A stretch of DNA of 64,000 nt from Squalus acanthias (Eukaryota), in contig JASTWF010000035.1 in assembly GCA_030390025.1 (NCBI GenBank), positions 3,100,001-3,164,000 on the forward strand, written 5' to 3'. A model generated the notes under the pieces. The model saw only the letters and a program-made list of their open reading frames with translations, searched no databases and had not been told where the DNA came from. Position 1 is the stretch's first letter; each line of letters starts with the position of its first letter. Of this stretch, positions 24,301 to 35,671 are shown piece after piece. The translations under genes and the position numbers were made by a program.

Positions 24301-24500
24301 AGTGGAGCGGGCCCAGGGACTGTGTAGCCTGATTCTGCTCCTATTTTGTGTGTGCAATTCTGTTAGATGCAGGAGATGGTTCTGTGATAGATAGTAGATT
24401 GGCGGTTAGGATCAGATCAGCCATGATCTTATTGAATGGCGGAGCAGGCTCGAGGGGCCGATTGGCCTACTCCTGCTCCTATTTCTTATGTTCTTATGTT
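21400..24500 (+). mobile_element. Young CR1 LINE with nearly intact ORF2 (APE endonuclease and RT)
   Basis: ORFs 21411-21785 and 21769-24267 (832 aa) differ by one frameshift in the A-run at about 21756-21763; FADD RT motif intact; 3'UTR and (TTCTTATG)n tail. Confidence 0.95.
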
Positions 24501-25579
24501 AAAGGCGAAATACAGCAGCTCAACCAAGACACAGACTCGATTAACTCCTATTAGTTATTGACCCAAGCCTCAGAGTTTCCTCATTAGCTTAGACTTTTAC
24601 AGCACAGAAGGAGGCCATTCGGCCCATCACCCCTGTACCCTCTATCTGATCCGGGACCCGGGACACTGGCCCGCACCCTGCACTGATGCGGGTGGTTAGT
24701 ATTAGTCCACTTGTATTTATACAGCGCCTTTAACATAGTAAAACGTCCCAAGGCACTTCACAGGAGAGTTATCAAACACAATTTGACACTGAGCCACATA
24801 AGGAGATATTAGGGTAGACGACCAAAAGCTTGGTCAAAGAGATAGGAGCATCTTAAAGGAGGAAAGAGAGGTAGAGAGGCGAAGAGGTTTAGGGAGGGAA
24901 TTCCAGAGCTTAGGGCCTCGGCAGCTGAAGGCACGGCCGCCAATGGTGGAGTGATTGAAATCAGGGATGTGCAAGAGGCCAGAATTAGAGGAGTGCAGAT
25001 ATCTTGGGGTGGGGGGTTGTAGGACTGGAGGAGATTACAGAGATAGGGAGGGGTGAGAGCATGGCCGGATTTGAAAACAAGGATGAGAATTTTAAAATCG
25101 AGGTGTTGCCGGACCGGGAGCCAATGTAGGCCAGTGAGCACAGGGGTGATGGTTGAACGGGTCTTGGTGAGACTTAGGATACGGGCAGCAGAGATTTGGG
25201 TGACCTTAAGATTATGGAGGGTGGAAGATGGGAGGCCGGCCAGGAGTGCGTTGGAATAGTCAAGTCTAGAGGTAACAAAGGCATGGATGAGGGTTTCATC
25301 CACAAAGCTACGACTGGATAGATAAGAATGGAACCAGGTGAGTGTAGTCCCACCCAGCTGGACGACAAAGGAGAGGCGTTGGAGGAGGATGGTGTGGTCA
25401 ACCGTGTCAAAGGCTTCAGACAGGTGGAGAAGGACGAGGAGGGAAAGTTTACCTTTGTCACAGTCACATAGGATGTAATTAGTGACTTTGATAAGAACCG
25501 TTTTGGAAACCTGATTGGAGGGATTCAAACATGGAGTTCTAGGAAAGATGCAGTTGGGAGGCGACAACACATTCAATGA

Positions 25580-25786
25580 TACAATAGCAAAATACTGCGG
25601 ATGCTGGAAAACTGAAATAACAACAGAAAGCGCTGGAAAAACTCAGCAGGCCAAGCAACATCCGTGGAGAGAGAAACAGAGTTAACGTTTCAGGTCGAAG
25701 ACCCTTCGTCAGAACGTTAACTCTGTTTCTCTCTCCACGGATGTTGCCTGGCCTGCTGAGTTTTTCCAGCGCTTTCTGTTGTTATT
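25580..25786. mobile_element. Penelope-derived hairpin mini-element with 14-bp TSD
   Basis: TSD AACACATTCAATGA at 25566-25579 and 25787-25800; near-perfect inverted arms of about 74 bp; sequence matches the termini of the Penelope at 47001-48731. Confidence 0.88.
25680..25715 (-). ncRNA. Minimal type I hammerhead ribozyme motif (Penelope pLTR type)
   Basis: Minus strand GUU-CUGACGA-AGGGUCUUCGACCU-GAAA-CGUU-AACU: both catalytic boxes intact, stem II present, palindromic stem III, short stem I (GUU/AAC). Confidence 0.72.
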
Positions 25787-26758
25787 AACACATTCAATGA
25801 CTTTGGAGAGGAAAGGGAGGTTGGAGATGGGGTGGTAGTTTGCAAGGACGGAGGGTCAAGGGTTGTTTTTTTGAGGAGAGGGGTGATGATGGCAGATTTG
25901 AAGGAGAGGGGGACAGTACCCGAGGAGAGGGAACAGTTAACAATATCGGCTAACATGGGGGCCAGGAACGGAAGTTGGGTGGTCTGCAGTTTGGTGGGAA
26001 TAGGGTCGAGGGAGCAGGAGGTGGGTCTCATGATCAAGATGAGCTTGGAGAGGGGAGATAGGAGAGAAACTAGAGAAAGATGCGAGTTCAGGACTAGAGC
26101 AGGGGGGAACCTTAGAGGAAGTTTGGCCCAGTGGGCTAGGGGAAGGGAGGGAAGTGACAGCAGCAGCTGATCGGATGGTCTCAATCTTAGTGACAACGAA
26201 GTGCATGAGCTCCTCACTCTTGTTTTTGGTGAGGATGGAGGAGACAGGGGAGAGGGGTTCAAGAAGACGGTATGAAGTAGAGAAAGACGGTGGGGGTTAC
26301 CTTTAAATTCCAAGATGACAGAATGATCCTGGAATAATGAGCAGTTTTGGTAGACGAGAGCAGGGCCCGATAATGCTTTATGTGGTCCAACCAGATCTGG
26401 CAGTGAATGGCTAAACCAGTTGTCCGCCATATCCATTCAAGTCTGCATCCCTTGGACTTAAGGGAGCGGAGATGAGGGCCGTACCAGGGTGTGAGAGAGG
26501 GTAATGGTTTTAATGGGGACTAGGGCATCAAAGATGGAGGTGAGGGTGTGGTTGAGCAGATCAGTAGCTGCAGAAATGTTGTGGTGAATGGAGGGCCAAA
26601 GGCCAGATAGTCGGGAATTTGAAAGTGCCGTTGTAAGTGAATTTGGAGAGATTTTTCCAGGGGCGGACACAGAGTTGACGTGGTTATTCCAGCATTGTCT
26701 GGTTTTATTTTACATTGATGTGCGCCCGGTGTTTTAAGGTGGTTTTCTCTCCTACCAG

Positions 26759-26809
26759 CTGGTGACGATGGAAGCTCCTTCAAACCTAGTGATGCCATCA
26801 CAGATGTGA
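26759..26809 (+). CDS. Probable terminal coding exon of the same host gene
   Basis: Acceptor GGTTTTCTCTCCTACCAG|; phase-0 frame LVTMEAPSNLVMPSQM*; followed by unique UTR-like sequence and AATAAA signals at 27811 and 27823. Confidence 0.5.
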   Translation: MVTMEAPSNLVMPSQM

Positions 26810-27057
26810 AGCTGCTGGGTGACATGCATGAGTGATGGACCACGGGATTGGAAAATCAGCATTCTTTCACAAGCTGCATGAAGTGAGTGTGGAGAGAAGT
26901 GGATCAGGACCTCGCAAGCTCGAAGACTCTCGATTTCTGTTTAATTAATGACAATTGTTTTCTTTTGTAAGAAATTGAATGTTGATGTATCTCTGCTCAA
27001 GCCATGTGCATGTTAACAGAATGCACCTTCTACATGTCTGCCTGTCCCCCTCTCTAT

Positions 27058-27407
27058 CTGAGAGCAGAGATAGTTAAGGGGAGATTTAATAGAGGTGTTC
27101 AAAATAAAGGGTCAGTAACCAGAGGACACAGATTGAAGGTAATTGGTAAAAGAACCAGAGGCGACATGAGAAAATGTATTTTTACACAGCGAGTTGTGAT
27201 CTGGAATGCGCTGCCTGAAAGGGCGGTGGAAACAGATTGAATAATAACTTTCAAAAGAGAATTGGATAAATACTTGAAAGGAAAAATTTGCAGGGCTATG
27301 GGGAAAGAGCGGGGGCGTGGGACTAATTGGAGAGCTCTTTCAAAGAGCCGGCACAGGCACGATGGGCTGAATGGCCTCCTTCTGTGCTGTATCATTCTGT
27401 GATTCTA
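27058..27407 (+). mobile_element. Old CR1 3' fragment inside the putative 3'UTR
   Basis: TRGHRLKVIGKR..FTQRVV and a GGGCTGAATGGCC hairpin with ATTCTGTG tail. Confidence 0.8.
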
Positions 27408-27810
27408 AGTGTATCATCTCTCGATTTCACCACCCAGGACCAACTATTCAGTTATTCCTGCTGCCTGTACTGGTGCTCTTCAATCAGACTTGTTTTCCAA
27501 TTGTGTTCCCTTCCATTTTTTCCTTTTCGGATACTTTCTCAATTCCTTTGAAATGCTGTTATCATGTCTGTCTCAATAACCACTCATGGGAGAGCACTGC
27601 ATGTTCTAACAATGTTCTCAATACATAAGTCGGAATAGCATTTGAAATCTGCATCAATGTCACTGGCCTGGGCACCAAAGTATAAAAAGATAGATTCAAA
27701 CTGCAATGACACTGCACTATGTATCTCATCCTATAGGTATGTCGGGTTATAAAACACCTTGTGTATAAGATCGTTACTTCACTGAAGCTTGGCAGAGGTA
27801 GTAGATGACA

Positions 27811-27828
27811 AATAAATACCAAAATAAA
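27811..27828 (+). promoter_or_regulatory. Candidate polyadenylation signals for the + strand gene
   Basis: Two AATAAA hexamers followed by GU-rich TTGGGTTATTGTTGTG about 35-50 nt downstream. Confidence 0.4.
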
Positions 27829-28014
27829 AATGGTCTATTATGGTTGCTTAGCTGCGGGCTTGGGTTATTGTTGTGACTTACTTAGAAATCCACCTTAACT
27901 CAATACCTGTTGCAGCAAAATAGCCGCGGCGGTTAAAGCTGTAAGCATCGGCTTAATTGACAATAATGGTGTGGAAGTTGGTTTGTGCTATTTGCCCAAT
28001 TTAAACATAGTTAC

Positions 28015-28660
28015 CTCAAGTCTACAGCACAGAAACAGGCCATTCGGCCCAACTCCAACTGGTCTATCCTGCTGTTTGTGCTCCACATGAGCTTCCTTTA
28101 GGTGCATAGAATTATGAGGAGCCGAGATAGAGTGGATAGGAAGGTCCTATTTCCCTTAGCAGAGAGATCAATAACCAGTGGCATTGATTGAAAGTAATTG
28201 GGAGAAGGATTAGAGGGGATTTGAGAACTTTTTTCACCCAGAAGGTGATGGAGGTCTGGAACTCACTGCCTGAAAATGCGGTAGAGGCAGAAACCCTCAT
28301 CACATTTAAAATGTACCTAGATATGCACTTGAAGTGCCGTAACCTACAGGGCTACGGACCAAGTGCTGGAGAGTGGGATTAGGCTGGATAGCTCTTTACC
28401 GGCCGGCACGGACACGATGGGCCGAATGGCCTCCTGTGCCGTGAATTTCTATGATTCTATTCTATGATTCCTCCCACCCTTCTTCATCTATGTCCATCAA
28501 CAGATCCCTCTATTCCTTTCTCCCTCATGTGCTTATCTAGTTTCCCCTTAAAAGCATCTAAACTATTTGCCTCAACCACTCCCTGTGGTAGCGAGTTCCA
28601 CATTCTCACCACTCTCTGGGTAAAGAAGTTTCTCCTGAATTCCCGATTGGATTTATTGGT
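28015..28660. mobile_element. Old CR1 3' ends: + strand copy (about 28100-28465) nested in a - strand copy
   Basis: FFTQKVMEVWNSLP on +; reverse-complement CR1 tail pieces on both sides. Confidence 0.75.
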
Positions 28661-28677
28661 AATATGGGGTGAGTTGT

Positions 28678-28965
28678 TAGGGTGCTGGGGTTAGCGTGTT
28701 AGGGTTAGTGGTTAGGATTAGGGTTAGTGTTAGGATTAAGGGTCAGGGTTCTGGTTATGGTTAGTGGTTAGGACAAGGGATAATGGTTAAGATTAGGGTT
28801 AGTGGATTCGGGTTAAAACCCACTATTGAAAACCATAGTGTCACTGGACTGAATTAGGGTTAGTGTTAAGGGTTAGTGTTAAGGGTTAGTGTTAAGGGTT
28901 AGTGTTAAGGGTTAGTGTTAAGGTTAGTGTTAAGGGTTAGTGGTAAGGATAAAGGATAGTGGTTA
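28678..28965 (+). repeat. Degenerate telomere-like repeat (GGGTTA / GGGTTAGTGTTAA)
   Basis: Several TTAGGG and GGGTTA hexamers; about 6 tandem 13-mers at 28857-28945. Confidence 0.8.
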
Positions 28966-29161
28966 AAAAAAGCACTATTGACAATGCCGTTGTCACTAGA
29001 TGTGACAATTTCATTTCATGTTTTCACCTCACATGGATGAGTCACAAAACAGATTAATGAATTGTTCATTCAAGAAACCTTTCTGGCCCAAGCCTGATTT
29101 CCTCCCTTCTTTCACATCTCTACATTTCTCACAGAAAAAGACATCCGGGACATTATTTTAA

Positions 29162-30768
29162 TTTGGTCCTGGGATGTGGGCGTTGCTGGCAAGGCCAGCA
29201 TTTATTGCCCATCCCTAATTGCCCTTGAGAAGGTGGTGGTGAGCTGTCTTCTTGAACCGCTGCAGTCCGTGTGGTGAAGGTGCTCCCACAGTGCTGTTAG
29301 GGAGGGAGCTACAAGATTTTGACCCAGCGACGATGAAGGAACGGCGATATAGTCCCAAGTCAGAATGGTGTGTGACTTGGAGGGGATCTTGGAGGTGATG
29401 GTGTTCCCATGCGCCTGCTGCCCTTGCCCTTCTAGGTGGAAGAGGTCGCGGGTTTGGGAGGTGCTGCCGAAGAAGCCTTGGCGAGTTGCTGCAGTGCATC
29501 TTGTAGATGGTACACACTGCAGCCACGGTACGCCGATAGTCAAGGGAGTGAATGATTAAGGTGGTGGATGGGCTGCCAATCAAGCGGCTGCTTTGTCCTG
29601 GATGGTGTTGAACTTCATAAGTGTTGTCCAGGCAAATAGAGAGTATTCCATCACACTCCTGACTTGTGCCTTGTAGATGATGGGAAGGCTTTGGGGGAGT
29701 CAGAAGATGAGCCACTCGCCGCAGAATACCTAGCCTCTGACCTGCTCTTGTTGCCACAGTATTTAAGTGGCTGGTCCAGTTAAGTTTCTGGTCAATGATA
29801 ACCCCCAGGATGTTGATGGTGGGGGATTCGGCGATGGTAATGCCATTGAATGTCAAAGGGCGGTGGTTAGACTCTCTTGTTGGAGCTAGTCATTGCCTGG
29901 CACTTGTGTGATGTGAATGTTACCTGCCACTTATCAGCCCAAGCCTGAACGTCGTCCAGGTCTTGTTGCATGCGGGCATAGACTGCTTCATCATCTGAGG
30001 AGTTGCGAATGGAACTGAACACTGTGCAATCATCAGCGAACATCCCCACTGCTCACCTTATGATGGCGGGAAGTTCATTGATGATACAGCTGAAGATGGT
30101 TGGGCCTAGGACACTGGCCTGAGGAATTCCTGCAGCGATGTCCTGGGGCTGAGTTGATTGACCTCCAACAACCACAGCCATCTTCCTTTGTGCTAGGTAT
30201 GACATCAGCCAGTGGAGAGTTTTCCCCCTGATTCCTATTGACTTCAATTTTACTAGGGCTCCTTGATGTCACACTCGGTCAAATGCTACCTTGATGTCAA
30301 GGGCAGTCACTCTCACCTCACCTCTAGAATTCAGTTCTAATGAAAGGTAATTGACCTGAAACGTTAACTGTGTTTCTCTCTCCACAGATGCTGCCTGACC
30401 TGCTGAATATTTTCAGCATTTTCTGTTTTTATTTCTAGAATTAACTCTTTTGTCCATGTTTGGACCAAGACTGTAATGAGGTCAGCAGCCGAGTGGTCTT
30501 GGCGAAACCCAAACTGGGCATCAGTGAGCAGGTTATTGGTGAGTAAGTGCCGCTTGATAGCACTGTCGATGACACCTTCCATCACTTTGCTGATGATTGA
30601 GAGTAGACTGATGGGGCAGTAATTGGCCGGATTGGATTTGTCCTGCTTTTTGTGGACAGGACATACCTAGCCAGTTTTTCACATTGTCGGGTAGATGCCA
30701 GTATTGTAGCTGTACTGGAATAGCTTGGCTAGAGGCCCAGCTAGTTCTGGAGCACATGTCTTCAGCAA
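29162..30768 (-). mobile_element. Divergent CR1/L2-superfamily LINE, RT and 3' end
   Basis: DAQFGFRQDHS, GIPQASVLGPTIF, MFADDCTVF, ILGVIIDQKLNW; same 3' end as 17623-18133. Confidence 0.85.
30332..30433 (+). mobile_element. Solo Penelope pLTR fragment with a degenerate hammerhead motif
   Basis: AGTT-CTAATGA-AAGGTAATTGACCT-GAAA-CGTT-AACT; flanked by the duplication TCTAGAATT (30323-30331 and 30434-30442). Confidence 0.75.
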
Positions 30769-30849
30769 GAAAGCTAGCATGCAGGTATAGCAAGCAATAA
30801 GGAAGGAAATGGCATGTTCACCATTATTGCAAGGGGGTCGGAGTATAAA

Positions 30850-33800
30850 CATAGAAACATAGAAGATAGGAGCAGGAGTAGGCCATTCGACCCCTCGAGC
30901 CAGCTCCGCCATTCAATGAGATCATGGCTGATCATCCAAATTCAGTACCCTGTCCCTGCTTTCTCCCCATATCCCTTGATCCCTTTAGCCTTAAGAAATG
31001 TATCGAACTCCTTCTTGAATATATTTAATGAATTGGCCTCAACTGCCTTCTGTGGTAGAGAATTCCACAGGTTCACCACTCTCTGGGTGAAGAAATTCCT
31101 CCTCATCTCTGTCCTAAATGGCTTACCCCTTATCCTTAGACTGTGACCCCTAGTTCTGGACTCCCCGACCATCGGGAACATCCTTCCTGCATCTAGTCTG
31201 TATAGTCCTGTTACAATTTTATAAGTTTCAGTGAGATCCCCTCTCATTCTTCTAAACTCTAGCAAATACAAGCCCAATCGTCCCAATCTCTCTTCATATG
31301 TCATTCCTGCCATCCCAGGTATCAGTCTGGTGAATCTTCGCTGCACTCCCTCCATGGCAAGAACATCCTTCCTCAGATAAGGCTACCAAAACTGCACACA
31401 ATACTGAAGGTGTGGTCTCACCAAGGCCCTGTACAACTGCAGCAAGACATCCTTGCTCCCGTACTCGAATCCTCTCGCTATGAAGGTCAACATACCATTT
31501 GCCTTCTTAACCGCCTGCTGCACCTGCATGCTCACCATCAACGACTGGTGCACAAGGACACCCAGGTCTCGTTGCACGTCCCCTTTTCCCAATCTATTGC
31601 CATTCAGATAATAATCTGCCTTCCTGTTTTTGCCACCAAAGTGGATAACCTCACATTTATCCACATTATACTGCACCTGCCATGCATCTGCCCAATCACC
31701 CAACTTGTCCAAATCATACTGGAGTTTCTCTGCATCCTCCTCACAACACACATGCCCACCCAGCTTTGTGTCGTCTGCAAACTTGGAGATATTACATCTA
31801 GTTCCCTCGTCCAGATCATTAATATATATTGTGAATAACTGTGGTCCCAGCACCGATCCCTGCGATACCCCACTAGTCACGGCCTGCCACTCGGAAAAAG
31901 ACTTGTTTATTCCAAATCTTTGCTTCCTGTCTGCCAACCAGTTCTCTATCCAAGTCAATACCTTGCCCCCAATCCCATGTGCCTTAACTTTACACGCTAA
32001 TCTCTTATGCGGGACCTTATCAAAAGCCTTTTGGAAGTCCAAATACACCACATCTACTGGTTCTCCCTTATCTATTCTACCAGTTACATCCTCAAAAAAT
32101 TCCAGTAGATTAGTCAAGCATGATTTACCTTTTGTAAATCCATGTTGACTTTGTCCGATCCTGTCACTGTTTTCCAAGTGCTCAGCTATTACATCTTTTA
32201 CAATGGACTCTAGCATTTTCCCCACTATCGATGTCTGTAATTCCCCGTTTTCTCTCTACCACCCTTTTTGAACAGTGGGCTAGCATTAGCTACCCTCCAA
32301 TCCATGGGTACAGTTCCAGATTCCATCGAATGTTGGAAGATGATCAGCAATGCATCTACTATTTCTAGGGCCACTTCCTTAAGTACCCTAGGATGTAGAT
32401 TATCAGGCCCTGGGGATTTATCGGCCTTCAATCCCTTCAATTTCCCTAACACCATTTCCCTACAAATACTGATTTCTTTCAGTTCCTCCCTTTCATCAGA
32501 CCCTATGTTCCCCAACATCTCTGGGAGATTATTTGTGTCCTCCTTTGTGAAGACAGAACCAAAATATGTATTTAATTGGTCTGACATTTCTTTGTTCCCC
32601 ATTATAACTTCCCCTGATTCTGACTGCAAGGGACCTACGCTTGATTTCACTAATCTTTTTCTCTTCACATATCTATAAAAGTTTTTACAGTCAGTTTTTA
32701 TGTTCCCTGCAAGCTTACTCTCGTATTCTATTTTCCCCTTCTTAATTAATCCCTTTGTCCTCCTTTGTTGAATCTTAAACTGCTCCCAATCCTCAGGGTT
32801 ACTGCTTTTTCTGGCCAATTTATATGCCCTCTCCTTGGATCTTATGCTATCCCGGATTTCCCTTGTTAGCCACGGTTGAGTCACCCTTTTTGTTTTATTC
32901 TTATGCCAAACTGGGATGAACAAATTCTGTAGTTCGTCCATGCAGTCTTTGAATGTTTGCCATTGCCTATCCACCGTCAACCCTTTGAGTGACATTCCCC
33001 AATCAATCCTACCCAACTCGCACCTCATACCATCGTAGTTTCCTTTATTTAAATTTAAGACCCTAGTCTCTGAGTCAACTACTTCACTCTTCATCCTAAT
33101 GAAGAATTCTATCATATGATCGCTCCGACCCAAGGGGCCTCGCACAACAAGATTGCTAATTAATCCTTCCTCATTGCATAATACCCAGTCTAAGATGGCC
33201 TGATCTCTGGTTGGTTCCTCGACATATTGGTCCAGGAAACCATCCCGTAAACACTCCAGGAATTCCTCCTCCATAGTATTGTTACTAATTTGATTTGCCC
33301 AATCTATATGTAGATTAAAGTCACCCATGATGACTGCTGTGCCCTTATTGCACGCTTTTCTAATTTCCCTTTTAATGCCATCCCCAACCTCCGCATTACT
33401 ATTTGGAGGTCTATATATCACTCCCACTAACGTTTTCTGCCGCTTGTTATTTCTCAGTTCAACCCATACAGATTCCACATCATCAGAGCTAATATCCTTC
33501 CTTTCAATTGTGTTAATCCCCTCTTTAACCAGCAATGCTACCCCACCTCCCTTTCCTTTTTGTCTATCTTTCCTGAATATTGAGTACCCCTGGATGTTGA
33601 GTTCCCAGCCTTGGCCACCCTGGAGCCATGTTTCGGTAATCCCAATCAAATCATATTCGTTTACCTCTATTTGCGCAGCTAATTCATCCACCTTGTTCCG
33701 AATGCTCCTTGCATTAAGACACAAAGCCTTCAGGCTTGTTTTTTTTTTAATGCTCTTAGACCTATTAGAATTAGTATTTACTGTGGCCATGTTTGATTTA

Positions 33801-34045
33801 AACCGTTGTTTCTTCTGACTGCCAATTTTGTTTTTCTCCTTCCTATCTTTTGCTTTTATCCTTGTTTCCCTTTCCTCTGTCTCCCTGCTCAGGTTCCCAA
33901 CCCCCTGCCATTTTAGTTTAAACCCTCCCCCAGAGCACGAGCAAACACTCCCCCTAGGACATCGGTCCCAGCCCTGCCCAGGTGTAGACCCAGGAATTTG
34001 AATCCCTCCCCCTTGCACCATTCCTCTAGCCATGTATTCATTTGA
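30850..34045 (-). mobile_element. CR1 LINE with full-span but mutated ORF2 and the end of ORF1
   Basis: ORF pieces 32225-34033, 31383-32225 and 30942-31355; (TTTCTATG)n tail at 30850. Confidence 0.93.
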
Positions 34046-34610
34046 TTTTTTATCTTGAGCAATAATCTTTTATGTGGCACCTTGTCGAATGCCTTCTGGA
34101 AGTCTAAATACACTACGTCCACTGGTTCCCCTTTATCCACCCTGTACGTTATGTCCTCAAAGAACTCAAACAAATTTGTCAGACATGACTTCCCCTTCAT
34201 AAAGCCATGCTGACTTTGTCCTATTAAATTATGTTTATCTAAATGTTCCGTTACTGTCTCCTTAATAATGGACTCCAAAATTTTACCCACCACAGATGTT
34301 AGGCTAACTGGTCTATAATTTCCAGCCTTCTGCCTACTATCCTTTTTAAATAAGGGTGTTACATTAGCAGTTTTCCAATCTGCCGGGACCTTTGCTGAGT
34401 CCAGGGAATTTTGGAAAATTATTACCAAAGCATCCACAATTCCAATGCCACTTCCCTCAAGACCCTTGGATGTAAGCCATCAGGTCCAGGGGATTTATCC
34501 GCCTTGAGTCCCATTATTTTACTGAGTACCAATTCCTTAGTGATTTTAATCGGTTTTACCATCCTGGAGTCTCGTTTGCGGCCGCAGAAACGCCTATCTA
34601 TTCCCCTTAC
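34046..34610 (-). mobile_element. Mosaic CR1 pieces (foreign ORF2 segment and a 55-bp ORF1 piece)
   Basis: 34046-34555 resembles the 21400 subfamily (DSAKVPADWKTANV); 34556-34610 encodes ORF1 VRGIDRRFCGRKRDSRMV. Confidence 0.78.
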
Positions 34611-35355
34611 TAACACTTCTACCACTTGCCCGGCTACATTCCCTAGAATTAGGTCCGGTACCGCCCCCTCTCTTGTAGGACTTTCTACATGCTGGCTCAA
34701 AATGCTCTCCTGGATGCACTTTAAGAATTCCGCACCCTCTAAGCCTTTCACACTCTGACTATCCCAGTTAATATTGGGGAAGCTGAAATCCCCTACAATT
34801 ATTACCCTATTATTTCTACACTTCTCTGAGATTTGCCTACATATCTGTTCCTCTATCTCCCCCTGACTGTTTGGGGGCCTATAGTACACTCCCAGCAAAG
34901 TGCTTGCCCCCTTTTTGTTTTTAAGTTCTACCCATATGGCCTCATTAGAGGAACCTGCTAAGATATCATCCCTCCTTACAGCAGTAATTGACTCCTTGAT
35001 TAATATTGCGACACCCCCTCCTCTTTTACACCCACCTCTGTCTCGCCTGAAGATTTTATACCCTGGAATATTGAGCTGCCGGTCCTGCCCCTCCCTCAAC
35101 CATGTCTCTGTGATAGCAACAATATCATACTCCCATGTGTTCATCAACACCTTCAATTCATCTGCCTTACTCGCAAGACTCCTTGCATTAAAATAAATGC
35201 CATCCAGCCTTGCCATACTCCTTTGTGCCGTTACATATTTGCTCTGCCTTCCAGGCTGACTTGTTTTTTCCTCTATATTTGGCTGTGCATCACCCCGTAT
35301 CCCATCCCCCTGCCAAGTTAGTTTAAACACCCCCACAACAGTACTAGCAAACAAC

Positions 35356-35667
35356 ACGGTGGCATATTGGATAGCACTGTTGCCTCACAGCGCTAGGGAC
35401 CCGGATTCAAAACCGGCCCCGGGTGACTGTCTGTGTGGAGTTTGCACATTCTCCCCGTGTCTGTGTGGGTTTCCTCCGGGTGCTCCAGTTTCCTCCCACA
35501 GTCCAAAGATGTGCAAGTTAGGTTGATTTGGCTATGATAAATTGACCCTTAGTGTTAGGGGGATTAAAATACGTGGGGTTACGGGGATAGGGTGGGATAT
35601 GTGTCGGTGCAGGCTCAATGGGCCGAAATGGCCTCTATCTACACTGTGGGGATTCTGGGATTCTGTG
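35356..35667 (+). mobile_element. tRNA-derived V-SINE (HE1-like) with a CR1-like tail
   Basis: A/B boxes, V-domain, GGGCCGAAATGGCC hairpin and GGGATTCT repeats; short duplication AAAC on both sides. Confidence 0.88.
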
Positions 35668-35671
35668 AAAC

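Larger units (their letters stand above)
24708..26670 (-). mobile_element. L2-clade LINE, 5'-truncated, with an internal deletion
   Basis: CSLDPIPTKL, FKSAIITPLLKK, AFDTVDHTILLQRL, ETLIHAFVTSRLDYSNALLAGLP, TPVLTGLHWLPV; L2-type 3' end (reverse complement ...GGCGCTGTATAAATACAAGTG). Confidence 0.9.
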
